Source of the DNA: Promethearchaeota archaeon
GTDB lineage: Archaea; Asgardarchaeota; Lokiarchaeia; Sigyniarchaeales; SOKP01
Reading direction: 5' to 3'
Length of the DNA stretch: 64,000 nt
Assembly: GCA_019058445.1 (NCBI GenBank)
Contig: JAHPZA010000006.1
Span: 384,001 to 448,000 of the forward strand
Made by a program: the position numbers and the translations under genes. Shown here piece by piece: positions 20,114-30,752 of this stretch; position 1 is the first letter of the stretch; every line of letters starts with the position of its first letter. The notes beneath the pieces were generated by a model. It made no database searches. It saw only the letters and a list, made by a program, of their open reading frames with translations, and had not been told where the DNA came from.

Positions 20114-20374
20114 TTATTTTTTTTTCCTAAATATAAATGTTAAAATGCCATCTTCATTGGTAAAATCTAAGATTTCTGTTTCGGTACGTTTTGCCCATCT
20201 CTGTAAATCCTCTTCAGCAGCAGGATCATCGGCTACCACCCTAAAACATTGACCAACTTCAACAGATTCAGATAAATTGCGTACTTCAAACAAGGGTTCA
20301 GGACAAAATAATCCAGTAGTGTCTAATTCCTCTATAATTTCAATATCTTCTTTATCGTTCATTTTAATACCCAT
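20114..20374 (-). CDS. tusA: TusA/SirA sulfur carrier
   Basis: LDTTGLFCPEP, VADDPAAEEDL. Confidence 0.85.
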   Translation of the reverse strand: MGIKMNDKEDIEIIEELDTTGLFCPEPLFEVRNLSESVEVGQCFRVVADDPAAEEDLQRWAKRTETEILDFTNEDGILTFIFRKKK

Positions 20375-20882
20375 ATTTTATTTTTTTAATTTTAAATTTG
20401 AATTGATCTCTATGATTAATGAGTACAAGTAAAAACAAAAATATTCTCATTATAAATTAGTGAAATTACAAGGCACTCTTAAAAATACGATTAATCCCTT
20501 TCTAAAAGAACCTTATAAATTATAAGTTCTTTAAAAAGGAATCCCTTTCTGAAAAAAGGATGAAGCTTAAAAAAAGATCAAAAAATTTATGAAATAATTG
20601 GAAACTTGGAAAAAAAAGAATGAGAGAATCGAGAAAAGCAATCCAAAACACAAGCGTTTCGGACATGGGATAAAATTTAGTTACCATTTAATTAGGAAAT
20701 TAGGGGATATTATGTATGTTTTCTCGAGTTCCCTCTATCTTCATAAGGAAAATCTAATATATAAATGTTTTTTCCAAAAAGATACGATTAAAAGAAAAAT
20801 CTAATATGGAACTCCATTAATATGGGCAAATCTCAAGTAGTAAAAGGCTGAATTTTAAATTTTTAAAAAAATTGTATATTAT

Positions 20883-21659
20883 GTGAAACAAAAAGAAGAA
20901 GAGAAAATTTTAGAGGAAGACAAAGAAGCAGACGAAATTATTGCGTTAATGAAAGATAATATTGTAATTCAAGCAAATAACTTAGTAAAAGATTATCATA
21001 TCGGAGAGTATATTGTAAGAGCGGTTGATGGTGTTTCTCTCACAATTAGAGACGGAGAGTTTATCGTTATAAGAGGCCCCTCAGGTGCGGGAAAGACCAC
21101 ACTTCTTAATTTAATTGGTGGGCTAGATTCACCTGAGAAAGATAAAGGGACAATTTATGAGCATGGAGTTAAAATAAGTGATATGGAAGAAGAATCATTA
21201 GCTACGTTTAGACTTATTAATTCCGGATTTATTTTTCAAAATTATAATCTCATTAGTACTCTGACCGCTGAAGAAAATGTGATGTTTCCTATGAATCTTG
21301 CTGGAGTAACCTTTAAACAAGCACGAGACCTTGCCGTAAAGTTATTAAAAAGATTAGGATTGGGGCAACGTAGAGAACATTTACCTTTTCAACTTTCAGC
21401 AGGAGAGCAGCAGCGGGTGGCTATCGCTCGAGCAATGGCAAATGATCCTCCAGTGTTATTGGCTGATGAACCCACTGCGAATTTGGACAAAAAGTCTGCT
21501 GAAATTATAAGAGATCTTTTTAAAGACTTAAAAGCGTTAGGTAAAACAATAATTATAGCAACTCACGATGATTATTTAATCGAACTTGCCGATAAAATAA
21601 TCGATTTTGAAGAGGGTAAAATTATAAATGAGGAAATAATCTCAAATAAAAAACAATGA
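20883..21659 (+). CDS. ABC transporter ATPase (LolD/MacB-like)
   Basis: GPSGAGKTT, LSAGEQQRVAIARA, LLADEPTANLD. Confidence 0.9.
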   Translation: MKQKEEEKILEEDKEADEIIALMKDNIVIQANNLVKDYHIGEYIVRAVDGVSLTIRDGEFIVIRGPSGAGKTTLLNLIGGLDSPEKDKGTIYEHGVKISDMEEESLATFRLINSGFIFQNYNLISTLTAEENVMFPMNLAGVTFKQARDLAVKLLKRLGLGQRREHLPFQLSAGEQQRVAIARAMANDPPVLLADEPTANLDKKSAEIIRDLFKDLKALGKTIIIATHDDYLIELADKIIDFEEGKIINEEIISNKKQ

Positions 21660-21682
21660 ATAAAATATTGATATAATTAAAC

Positions 21683-23623
21683 ATGTCTTTAGATTTTGCC
21701 TTAAAGGATTTTTATCGAAAAAGAAAATCGAATTTTCCTTATGTGCTAACTATTACATTAGTCATAGCACTTGCCGAATTCTTAATTTACTTTTCAATTT
21801 CGCTAGGTGTGAATTTAATTGTTCAAAACAATGTATTCTATCAAGAGGACATTGATAACGAATATTATTTTTCAGGAGCTATAAATCTTATATATACCCG
21901 ATTTAATACCCTTATTCTTACATTAGTACTCGTGCTTGCGTTTATGATAGTGGTAGTGATAACTACTACGTTAGTGATTCATAAGAAAAGAGATATCGCG
22001 ATAATGAAAGCATTAGGTACATTGCCTGATAAACTATATGGATTTTATCTCTTAGAAGCATATCTTATTTTTTTATTTGGGTTTCTTTTAGGCTTTTTTC
22101 TGGGCTTAGCTTCCTTCGGCGTATGTGCATTAATTATGAATTTTTTAGGATTTAAACTCATATATCGAATTGATTATGTCTATACTCCCTTATTATTTTT
22201 TTCCTGTTTTATAGGAATTTTTGTGATACCTGGGTATTCTTTGCGAAAAATAGGAAATCAAAAAATAGTAAAATCATTCTCAAAGGACGTTCCTTATGAT
22301 CTCGTCGCTTCTAAAAAAATGTCCATCATAGCGAGATGGCTTTCCTCTTTTGGATTTAATATAAAAATAGCAATAATAAATACAAGTAGGAGAAAAAGTG
22401 AATTTATAAGATTTTTCCTTATCTTTTCTATAATATTCTTAATAATTTTTACGTTAGGCTTAGGTGTTTTTGTGCTAAATACATCTTCACAGGAATGGAT
22501 TAGAAAGTCTCAGGGTGAAGATATCGTAGTAATTGGGCATGAAGATGTGGTAGATGAGTATGCGAATATGTATGAAATGTTTTCTGATCCAACGATTTCT
22601 GTGGATGAGGACGATATAGATTTTACGGACTCTAAATACATGTTTAATAAGACAGAGATACTTGAAATTAAAGAAATGGATAAGGTTCATAAATATGAGT
22701 ATAGATTAATTAAGTTTTGTGATATTGAGGAATTAATTGGATATTATTACTATACGGGAGAGGAAGGAGGTGGAGGATATAGAACAGTTGGTCAAGACAG
22801 AAAAGGTAATTATCCGATTATTGGTGTTGATCCAGACGAGATTATACAAGATTTTGAAATTGAGGGAAGGTGGTTTGATGAAGACGATGCTAATGATAAT
22901 ATGACCATAGGCGATGGGCTAGCCTATGATTTTTTTGACTACCCACTTGATCAAAGCATGAAAATTAAAGATATAGGTCATAGGTTTCATATATCTGGAG
23001 TCATTATTGATAGTTTTTATAGTGGATATGCTGGATATATCGACTTACAAGAGTTTCAAGAGGGAATGAACTTTACTACTAATGAAGTTAATATAATTCT
23101 ACTAGAACTTGACAGTAATGCCTATGATGATATAAAAGAGGACTTAAAAGATCTAATCAAAGCTAAGTTAGGATCTGAATTTACCTGTAAAAATTTAGAT
23201 GAAATATTTGAACAAAATATTAATTATCTGTCGAGCTTAACGCTATATCCGATAATGTTAATAATGATAATGGCCATTATTTCAATTCTCTCTTTATACA
23301 ATTATCAAAAAGCAGGTTTAGTTGAAAAAGCAAAAGATTTCTTAATCATGAGAGCATTAGGGTCCAAAAAAAAAGCGTTAAAAAGAATTTTGTTTTTAGA
23401 ATCATTATTTGTCATAATCCCCTCTCTTTTATTGAGTTTAGCATTGGGGATGATTATTAACTCTGTTATTTTATTCGATCGTGCCTATCTGCCTCCTTTA
23501 TATTTTCCTTTTATCGGTATTGCAATATTATTTGGAGTAATGATACTGTTCAACTTGTTAAGTTTAATTCCAATTATGAAAAAAATCAATAAATTTTCGA
23601 TTAAAGACTTTGATATATATTAA
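21683..23623 (+). CDS. FtsX/MacB-like ABC permease
   Basis: Two FtsX-type repeats (KRDIAIMKALG; KDFLIMRALG); follows the ATPase. Confidence 0.85.
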   Translation: MSLDFALKDFYRKRKSNFPYVLTITLVIALAEFLIYFSISLGVNLIVQNNVFYQEDIDNEYYFSGAINLIYTRFNTLILTLVLVLAFMIVVVITTTLVIHKKRDIAIMKALGTLPDKLYGFYLLEAYLIFLFGFLLGFFLGLASFGVCALIMNFLGFKLIYRIDYVYTPLLFFSCFIGIFVIPGYSLRKIGNQKIVKSFSKDVPYDLVASKKMSIIARWLSSFGFNIKIAIINTSRRKSEFIRFFLIFSIIFLIIFTLGLGVFVLNTSSQEWIRKSQGEDIVVIGHEDVVDEYANMYEMFSDPTISVDEDDIDFTDSKYMFNKTEILEIKEMDKVHKYEYRLIKFCDIEELIGYYYYTGEEGGGGYRTVGQDRKGNYPIIGVDPDEIIQDFEIEGRWFDEDDANDNMTIGDGLAYDFFDYPLDQSMKIKDIGHRFHISGVIIDSFYSGYAGYIDLQEFQEGMNFTTNEVNIILLELDSNAYDDIKEDLKDLIKAKLGSEFTCKNLDEIFEQNINYLSSLTLYPIMLIMIMAIISILSLYNYQKAGLVEKAKDFLIMRALGSKKKALKRILFLESLFVIIPSLLLSLALGMIINSVILFDRAYLPPLYFPFIGIAILFGVMILFNLLSLIPIMKKINKFSIKDFDIY

Positions 23624-23726
23624 ATAGGTTAGCACTATTATTACTTAAAGCAATGAAAAAAAGTAATGAAATACTTTTCAACCTTAAGGCTTAGTTCTGA
23701 AATTATAAGTATTTCAAATAAAACTC

Positions 23727-24548
23727 TTGACAAAAAATAAGGATAAAAAATTGACTGAAGAGGATTTAAAAGCTAAAATTTTGGAATTAGAAAATGAAAT
23801 TAAAGAAAAAGATCGCGAAATTTATGACTCCTATGATAGAATTGATCAGCTAGAAGAGACTATTATGAAATTAGAATTATGTCTCGATGAAGAAGGGGAA
23901 AAAAATTCAAAGGAAAAGAAAAAAAGTATTAGAGAAACAAAATTAGAAATTGAACTTGATGAAAAGGAAAAAGAAATAAGAGATTTAAAAAATCGGATGG
24001 GAGGTTTACGAAAGGAAAAAACCCAAATTCAACGCGAGCTTGAAAAATATACGAAGGTTGATACTGGAACAGTAATAAGAATTGAAGAGAAAAAGGAGCC
24101 TTTTGAGACTTTAGTGAAAGAGCTACAAGACAAAATTAATAAACAGAATAGATTAATAAATGATTTAAAAAATCAAGTAATTTCAAGCAAAGAGTTCCAA
24201 GAAAAAATGAAACTCAAAGAAGAGAGGATTCTATCCTTAGAAAATGAAAATAAAGAGTTAAATGCATATGTGTTATCTATTAAAAACACCCAAGAAGAAA
24301 CTGAGGATAATTTACTGTATTTAATGAAAACAAAAGAAGCAGATATTGAAAAATCTGAGAATAAAATTGAAGAACAGAAGAATCAATTGAAAAATATAAA
24401 AGAAGTTTTTGGCTTTCAAAATAAAATAATTAGTGAATTAAAAAACCAAATTCAATCTCAGAAGTCTCTCTGGTCTGATTCCCAGCTTAAATCTAAACTT
24501 AAAAGGCTTGAAGAATTAAATGAAAAAATGAGTAAATATATCGTTTAA
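23727..24548 (+). CDS. Coiled-coil protein, paralog family A
   Basis: E/K-rich heptads; shares IRIEEKKEPFETLVKELQDKINKQ with 24829. Confidence 0.7.
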   Translation: MTKNKDKKLTEEDLKAKILELENEIKEKDREIYDSYDRIDQLEETIMKLELCLDEEGEKNSKEKKKSIRETKLEIELDEKEKEIRDLKNRMGGLRKEKTQIQRELEKYTKVDTGTVIRIEEKKEPFETLVKELQDKINKQNRLINDLKNQVISSKEFQEKMKLKEERILSLENENKELNAYVLSIKNTQEETEDNLLYLMKTKEADIEKSENKIEEQKNQLKNIKEVFGFQNKIISELKNQIQSQKSLWSDSQLKSKLKRLEELNEKMSKYIV

Positions 24549-24828
24549 AACTATTTATTAATGATACCGACTTCCGGAATAATTGAAGAATTGAGTTTAT
24601 TTTTTTAAAAAAAATATAAATTTTAGTTTAATATGATCAAAACTTTGCAAATCTCATAAAATTAGTAAATCATTCCAGAATGATTTATTAAAACTAAAAA
24701 TCAATATTAATTAAAAAGAAACCAAATTAAAAATCATTTCACTCTATTAAATAAAAACTTAAAATTTAAAAAAATGTGTTAATGTAAGTTATTAAAATAC
24801 CTCTTGCACGAAAAATTTCCAATTCAAA

Positions 24829-25767
24829 ATGACTGAAGAGAATTTAACGGCTAAAATTAAGGAATTAGAAAGACAATTAGAAACCAAAGAGCAAGAGATA
24901 CTGAATTATCTAGATAAAATCGAAGAGCTTGAAGAGACCGTTCTTAAATTAGAAACTCTTATATCGGATGAAAACGCAAAATCTTCCAAAAAAAAATGGA
25001 AAAAAGCAAAGGATTCAATTCTTGAAACTGAACTTGAAGAAAAAGAAAAAACTATACGAAACTTAAAAGATAGAATGGGGTTCTTAAGAAAAGAAAAAAT
25101 TCAGATCCAACGCAAACTTGAAAGATTTATTAAAGAAGAGAACAATACAACGTTAATTCGAATTGAAGAAAAGAAGGAGCCTTTTGAGACTTTAGTAAAG
25201 GAATTGCAAGATAAAATTAACAAACAACAGATTATAATTGCTGAATTACAGGAGAAAATTAAGATTGAAGAAATTGAGCGAATGAAAGAGACTATTAACA
25301 AATTAAACGCAGAAATAAGGAATAAAAATATCAAAATAAAAGAATTAAGTAATAAAAATTTAGGTTTAGGAATAAATCAAAAACTTATCAATGGTAAATT
25401 AGAACAAGGAGCTCCAAAAAGCTCAGTTAATTCACTAACAGAGGAATTGCAGCGAAAATTAAATAAAGCAAAAAAAGAAATTAAAGATCTTCAAAAACAA
25501 TTAGAAGATTATAAAATATGGAAAGCAGCTCCCGCTGAAAACTCTCAAGATGAAATAATCCGAGAGTTAAGAAATAAATTAGAACGAATTTCAGCTCAAG
25601 ACCATGCAATAAGTGAATTAGATAAGATTTCAAATCAAATTACACACACCTCATCTGAAGATCCTCATCTCGCGTTAATGATTAAAGAATTGAAAAACTT
25701 AATTGAAGATCTGAAAACTCAAAATATTCAACAGAGATTAGAAACCTCTAAATTGAGAAAAAAATAA
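24829..25767 (+). CDS. Coiled-coil protein, paralog family A
   Basis: Tandem paralog of 23727. Confidence 0.75.
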   Translation: MTEENLTAKIKELERQLETKEQEILNYLDKIEELEETVLKLETLISDENAKSSKKKWKKAKDSILETELEEKEKTIRNLKDRMGFLRKEKIQIQRKLERFIKEENNTTLIRIEEKKEPFETLVKELQDKINKQQIIIAELQEKIKIEEIERMKETINKLNAEIRNKNIKIKELSNKNLGLGINQKLINGKLEQGAPKSSVNSLTEELQRKLNKAKKEIKDLQKQLEDYKIWKAAPAENSQDEIIRELRNKLERISAQDHAISELDKISNQITHTSSEDPHLALMIKELKNLIEDLKTQNIQQRLETSKLRKK

Positions 25768-25776
25768 ATTTAATCA

Positions 25777-26760
25777 ATGTTAGAACTCATAATCCTTGGG
25801 TCAAGTGCCGCAATACCCATAGAAAAAAGAAACTTATCCTCCGTAGCATTAAGATATAAGAATCATATTATCCTATTTGATTGTGGAGAAGATCTCCAGC
25901 GCAGATTTATACAAGCAGGTTTGAAATTCAATAAACCTTTAAAAATATTAATTTCTCATTTTCATGGAGACCATATAATAGGGCTTCCAGGGTTATTATT
26001 TCGTTTTTCTTTAACTGATCGGTCCGCTCCACTTACAATCCTAGGGCCTCCCAACCTCTTTCTGTATTTATACCTTCATAGAAAAATCTTGGGATTGAAA
26101 GCAAACTATCCTATTACTATTGTTGAAATAGATCACTTTAATAATATTCTAACTGAATATGAGGGTTTAGACTCTGAGGAACCTGTTAACAAAATTGAAT
26201 TAGTAGATAACACTATCCACGAAACCAATAGGTATTATCTAAAGTATAGCTTAGTGAATCACTCTGTACTTACCTATGCCTTTGCTTTTGTGGAAAAACC
26301 TCGATATGGTAAATTTAATCCAAAAATAGCACGAGATTTAGGTATCCCTGAAAGTAGACTCTGGAAAAAACTTCAAGCAGGTGAAAGTGTTGAATTTAAT
26401 GGTAAAAATATTGATCCAGTGAAAGAAGGAATAGTTGGCCCAGAAAGACCGGGAAGAAAAATCACTTATTCAGCAGATACAGCACCATGTAAGGAATTAA
26501 TAGAATTAGGTAAAAATTCTGATATTATAATTCATGAAGCAACATTCTCAGAGCGTTTAGCTGAAACTGCTGAAGAAAAAAAACATTCGACTTCAGTCGA
26601 TGCTGCCAATGATGCTCTTAAAATGAATGCGAAACAATTAGTGTTAACCCATATTTCCTCTAGATATCAAGAAGACGCCCTTAAATTGCTTGAAGAAGCT
26701 AAAGAAATCTTTTCCAACACCATCTTAGCTGAAGATTTAATGCGAATTACTTTAAAATGA
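25777..26760 (+). CDS. rnz: Ribonuclease Z
   Basis: FDCGE, SHFHGDHIIG, exosite, YSADT, HEATF, HST, LTHISSRY. Confidence 0.93.
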   Translation: MLELIILGSSAAIPIEKRNLSSVALRYKNHIILFDCGEDLQRRFIQAGLKFNKPLKILISHFHGDHIIGLPGLLFRFSLTDRSAPLTILGPPNLFLYLYLHRKILGLKANYPITIVEIDHFNNILTEYEGLDSEEPVNKIELVDNTIHETNRYYLKYSLVNHSVLTYAFAFVEKPRYGKFNPKIARDLGIPESRLWKKLQAGESVEFNGKNIDPVKEGIVGPERPGRKITYSADTAPCKELIELGKNSDIIIHEATFSERLAETAEEKKHSTSVDAANDALKMNAKQLVLTHISSRYQEDALKLLEEAKEIFSNTILAEDLMRITLK

Positions 26761-26882
26761 AAATGTTCTCTTAAATTTAAGAAAAAGCAAAAGTTTAACT
26801 ATTTCTAAAACATAAAAATCTTTATATAGAAATTCAATTTAATTAGTCATTTAATGACAATCTAATTAAAAAGGTGAAATGA

Positions 26883-28181
26883 ATGTCAAGTAAAGAAAAA
26901 GCATGGTATGAAGATGAAAAACTCAAAAGTTTATACGTCAAAGCACAGAGTAACGCATTTCGGGGATATACTGCTCCTGTTATATGCCCCAAAACGACAT
27001 GGATCGGTACAAATAGCCTTACTGATTTTATTAATCACCTTGGAGCGTATTTAGCTGATGATGAGAAGAGAGTGTTGATTATAGTTGACCCAGCGCTGCG
27101 AAGAATGGCAGAAAAAGTGGCTGATAAAATGAGGTCTATGAAACAAATTGATAGCAAAATTTTCGATCAAGTCTTTCCTGAGGTCCCTAGATATTCTATC
27201 AAGGATGGAGTGAAAGTATGTGAAGAATATGAGCCTAAAACTATTATCGCCATTGGAGGGGGATCTACTATGGACACCGCTAAAATGATATTTTTATTAT
27301 ACGAACAACCAAATATTAATTTTAATACAATGATGGCTCCCAGTTTTTTAGGGTTAAGAAAAAAAGTCCATCTCTTTGTCGCTATCCCCACTACCAGCGG
27401 GACGGGTTCAGAGGCGACCTTTGTTTCGGTAGTAACTGATACGAATCGTGATCCACCTAAGAAAACCTCAGTAGTGCTTTATGAACTTTGCCCCGATTTT
27501 GTTGTACTTAATCCGGATTTTGTAAAAAATATGCCACCCTGGCTCACTATGGGAACAGGAATGGATGCCTTGGCTCACTCTATGGGCACGTATATGATCA
27601 TTATGAGCTCTTTTTATAATGATATGCATAATCAAAAAGCAATTGAATTAATTTTAAAATATTTACCTAGGGCAGTTAAGAGGGGAAATGATATGGAAGC
27701 CAGAGAAAAGATGCAAATCGCTGCGTGGCTAGCTACATCAAGTATAGCTGGTATTGAACACGGTTTTGGACAATCCTTTGGGGCAATTTTTCATGTTCAT
27801 CACGGAATCTGTGTTGCACTCTTTCTATGCGCTTCAATTGCATATCAATCTAAAGTCACTAATAGATTCTATGATCTCGCAAAACTCTTTAAAATTAAAA
27901 GATCGGGAAGACAGAAGGATGAAATTTTAAGGGAATTACTCGAAAAATTGCAGGATTTCATGAAAAGCATTGAATGCCCTCTCTGCATTGAAGAACTCAA
28001 AGATCCCGCGATTTCTTACGACGAGTATATGGCAAAAATGGAGCATTTAATTGAATATTGCTTTAATGATTATTGTACTCTCTCATCAACTCGTCCTTTA
28101 AATAAGAAAAGTATTAAAAAAATCTTTGAAATCGCATATAAAAATAAAATAGATGATTTAATGGAGTTGCATTATAAATGA
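26883..28181 (+). CDS. Iron-containing alcohol dehydrogenase family protein
   Basis: GGGSTMDTAK, IPTTSGTGSE, GMDALAH, HVHHG. Confidence 0.88.
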   Translation: MSSKEKAWYEDEKLKSLYVKAQSNAFRGYTAPVICPKTTWIGTNSLTDFINHLGAYLADDEKRVLIIVDPALRRMAEKVADKMRSMKQIDSKIFDQVFPEVPRYSIKDGVKVCEEYEPKTIIAIGGGSTMDTAKMIFLLYEQPNINFNTMMAPSFLGLRKKVHLFVAIPTTSGTGSEATFVSVVTDTNRDPPKKTSVVLYELCPDFVVLNPDFVKNMPPWLTMGTGMDALAHSMGTYMIIMSSFYNDMHNQKAIELILKYLPRAVKRGNDMEAREKMQIAAWLATSSIAGIEHGFGQSFGAIFHVHHGICVALFLCASIAYQSKVTNRFYDLAKLFKIKRSGRQKDEILRELLEKLQDFMKSIECPLCIEELKDPAISYDEYMAKMEHLIEYCFNDYCTLSSTRPLNKKSIKKIFEIAYKNKIDDLMELHYK

Positions 28182-28199
28182 AAACAGAAGGGATATAAA

Positions 28200-30062
28200 A
28201 TGAGCGAAAAATTATTAGGTTATAATGGAAAATTAGCGTATATTGATTTAAATTCTAAGAAAATCGAAGTTAAAGATTTAAATCCTAAAATTGCCGAAGA
28301 TTATATAGGTGGTGCAGGCTTATCTGCAAAATTAACATATAATTTACTTACAGACTCGGATTATGAGGTCTTAAAGGATGATTCTTTATCCGCAAATAAT
28401 CCACTGATTTTTGCGACGGGACCGCTGACTGGAACTGCCACACCTTCAAGTAGCAGGTATTCTATAACTGCAATTTCGCCCTTAACTGGAATTTGGGGTG
28501 AGACAACATCTGGAGGCTTTTTCCCGTTAGCCTTAAGAAGAAGTGGATTCGATGCGATTATTATTACTGGGCAAGCTCAACAACCAGTATATCTCCACAT
28601 AAATAATGGAGAAGTTAACATCAAAGATGCAAATGAATTATGGGGTAAAAATACCAGAGATACAATAGAGTTAATTAGAAAAGAGTTAACAGATGATAAA
28701 ATTAGAGTGGCTTGCATTGGGAAAGGCGGAGAAAATTTAGTAAATTATGCATGTGTTATAAATGATGAGGGAAGAGCTGCTGGAAGATGTGGTTTGGGCA
28801 CAGTGATGGGAAAGAAAAGGCTAAAAGCCATTGCAGTGAAAGGTAATAAATCAATTGAGTATTCAGATAAAGAGGGATTAATGAAAGAAGGGAAAAACGC
28901 ATTAAAAATGCTAGACGCTTCCTTTGCCGTAAGTTTTTGGAATCACTATGGGACATTATGCTATACTGATATGGGAATGATATTGGGAGATGTACCAGTG
29001 AATTATTATACTAAGACGGAATTTGCTGCTGAAACCTTAACGGGAAGAACTTTAAAAGAACGTTATCCCGTCATGAATTACGCATGTGCCGGATGCACAA
29101 TAGGATGCGGGAGAACAACGATGGCAGATATTGACGGATCTGAAGTTGAAATAGATGGTCCCGAGTATGAGACTACAGCAGCTTTCGGTCCAATGTGTGG
29201 GATTCTTGATTTTGAGCCAATTCTCAAAGCAAATCACATATGCAATCTCGAAGGAATAGATACCATCTCTAGTGGAGTATCCATTTCATTTCTAATTTAT
29301 TTATGTGAGAAAAAAATCAATGTGGATAAAATATCTACTTATCTAAAAGATATTCCAGTAGAAGAGATTAAGTGGGGCAACGATAAATTACTCCTTAAAT
29401 TGATTAACCAGATTATTAATAGGGAAGGGATTGGAAATTTATTAGCTGAAGGCGTCAGAAAAATGGCAAAGGAATTTGAAGTTGACCCCGAGTTAGCGGC
29501 TCATGTGAAAGGGCTAGAAGTTCCTATGCATGATCCAAGAGCTTATGTTGGACAAGCACTCTCATATATGACATGCTGCGTAGGTGCAAACCATAATAAG
29601 GGTGATTTCTTCAATATCGATGGGGATGCTGCCTCATACGCAAAAGTTCGAAAAGGTGATAGATTTAGTGTTGACGGTAGAGAGGCTGCTGTACTTATGT
29701 ACCAAGATATCACTAATATTTATGATTCTGCAACAGTGTGCCAATTTCCCCATATTAAAATACCCATTTTGGGCAGGTTATTTAAAGCTGCTACGGGATT
29801 TAATAGCTTAGGAAATAAGAAAACTTTATTAATAGCTGGAGAACGAGCCAATAATCTGAAACGGGTAATTTCATGTAAACTAGGGTGTACCAGACAAGAT
29901 GATCACTTACCAAAAATTGTAACCGAGCCAATAGAAAGTGGTGGAGCAGCCGGAATCAAAATTGATTTAGAAAAAAATTTAAAAACTTATTACAATCTGC
30001 GTGGTTGGGATTGGGAAACTGGTGCTCCCTCAAATGAAAAATTAGAACAATTAGGGATTTAA
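28200..30062 (+). CDS. aor: Tungsten aldehyde:ferredoxin oxidoreductase family protein
   Basis: SPLTG, GRAAGRCGLG, CAGCTIGC, EYET, DTIS, VKGLE..HDPR, YYNLRGWD. Confidence 0.9.
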   Translation: MSEKLLGYNGKLAYIDLNSKKIEVKDLNPKIAEDYIGGAGLSAKLTYNLLTDSDYEVLKDDSLSANNPLIFATGPLTGTATPSSSRYSITAISPLTGIWGETTSGGFFPLALRRSGFDAIIITGQAQQPVYLHINNGEVNIKDANELWGKNTRDTIELIRKELTDDKIRVACIGKGGENLVNYACVINDEGRAAGRCGLGTVMGKKRLKAIAVKGNKSIEYSDKEGLMKEGKNALKMLDASFAVSFWNHYGTLCYTDMGMILGDVPVNYYTKTEFAAETLTGRTLKERYPVMNYACAGCTIGCGRTTMADIDGSEVEIDGPEYETTAAFGPMCGILDFEPILKANHICNLEGIDTISSGVSISFLIYLCEKKINVDKISTYLKDIPVEEIKWGNDKLLLKLINQIINREGIGNLLAEGVRKMAKEFEVDPELAAHVKGLEVPMHDPRAYVGQALSYMTCCVGANHNKGDFFNIDGDAASYAKVRKGDRFSVDGREAAVLMYQDITNIYDSATVCQFPHIKIPILGRLFKAATGFNSLGNKKTLLIAGERANNLKRVISCKLGCTRQDDHLPKIVTEPIESGGAAGIKIDLEKNLKTYYNLRGWDWETGAPSNEKLEQLGI

Positions 30063-30257
30063 TTTGGCCGAAATTCCAATCTCTAACTTCTTTTATTTTA
30101 TTTTTTAATCATAATTTGCTAATAAACTTCTATAATATTTATAGGGAAAATTACTTCCTTCTAAATGATCTTAGAATAAGTAGTGAAGAAGCCCAAATTC
30201 TACTATATATTTAAACTATAAAAATTAAAAAAAGAGAATAAAAAAATTTTTAAGTTT

Positions 30258-30467
30258 TTATATGCCCCCGGCAATATGTGGAAGGATAACAATAGAATCC
30301 TCGGGGGAAATCTTCGTTGATTCATCGGCCTTCTTCCCATTCACAAGAATTCCAAAATATTTTTGTTCCAGATTCAATTCCACTAGAAGATCTTTAACAG
30401 TCATGGTCCTCTCAGGGGTGAAGGTCTCATAAATCCCAGTTTCTAACAATTCAGCAACTTGTTTCAT
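30258..30467 (-). CDS. MoaD/ThiS-like ubiquitin-fold sulfur carrier
   Basis: ILVNG...IVILPHIAGGI; adjacent to aor. Confidence 0.85.
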   Translation of the reverse strand: MKQVAELLETGIYETFTPERTMTVKDLLVELNLEQKYFGILVNGKKADESTKISPEDSIVILPHIAGGI

Positions 30468-30752
30468 TTTTTAACCTCAATTAATTTATATTTAATAATT
30501 ATAAAACTGTTTTTATATTTATATTTATTGTCCTTATTTCTTTTAAGCATTTACACTTATTTCAATAAGTGTAACGTATAAATAAATTAATAACTAGTAT
30601 GAAAAGTTATGATTATCATCAATGATAATAACCAATTCTTTTAAATTTTACGATTTTGAAAAGAAAAACCATTCCTTTTTATTGTTCCCTTAATTCTAAT
30701 GCATAATAAATCTTTAATATTCATTATTCAATAAGCTTGAGTTGGTTTTGAG

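Noticed and set aside
20598-20804. 68-aa ORF, and the many 60-110 aa ORFs overlapping long genes
   Set aside because: No motifs; mostly antisense or alternate-frame shadows of well-supported CDSs
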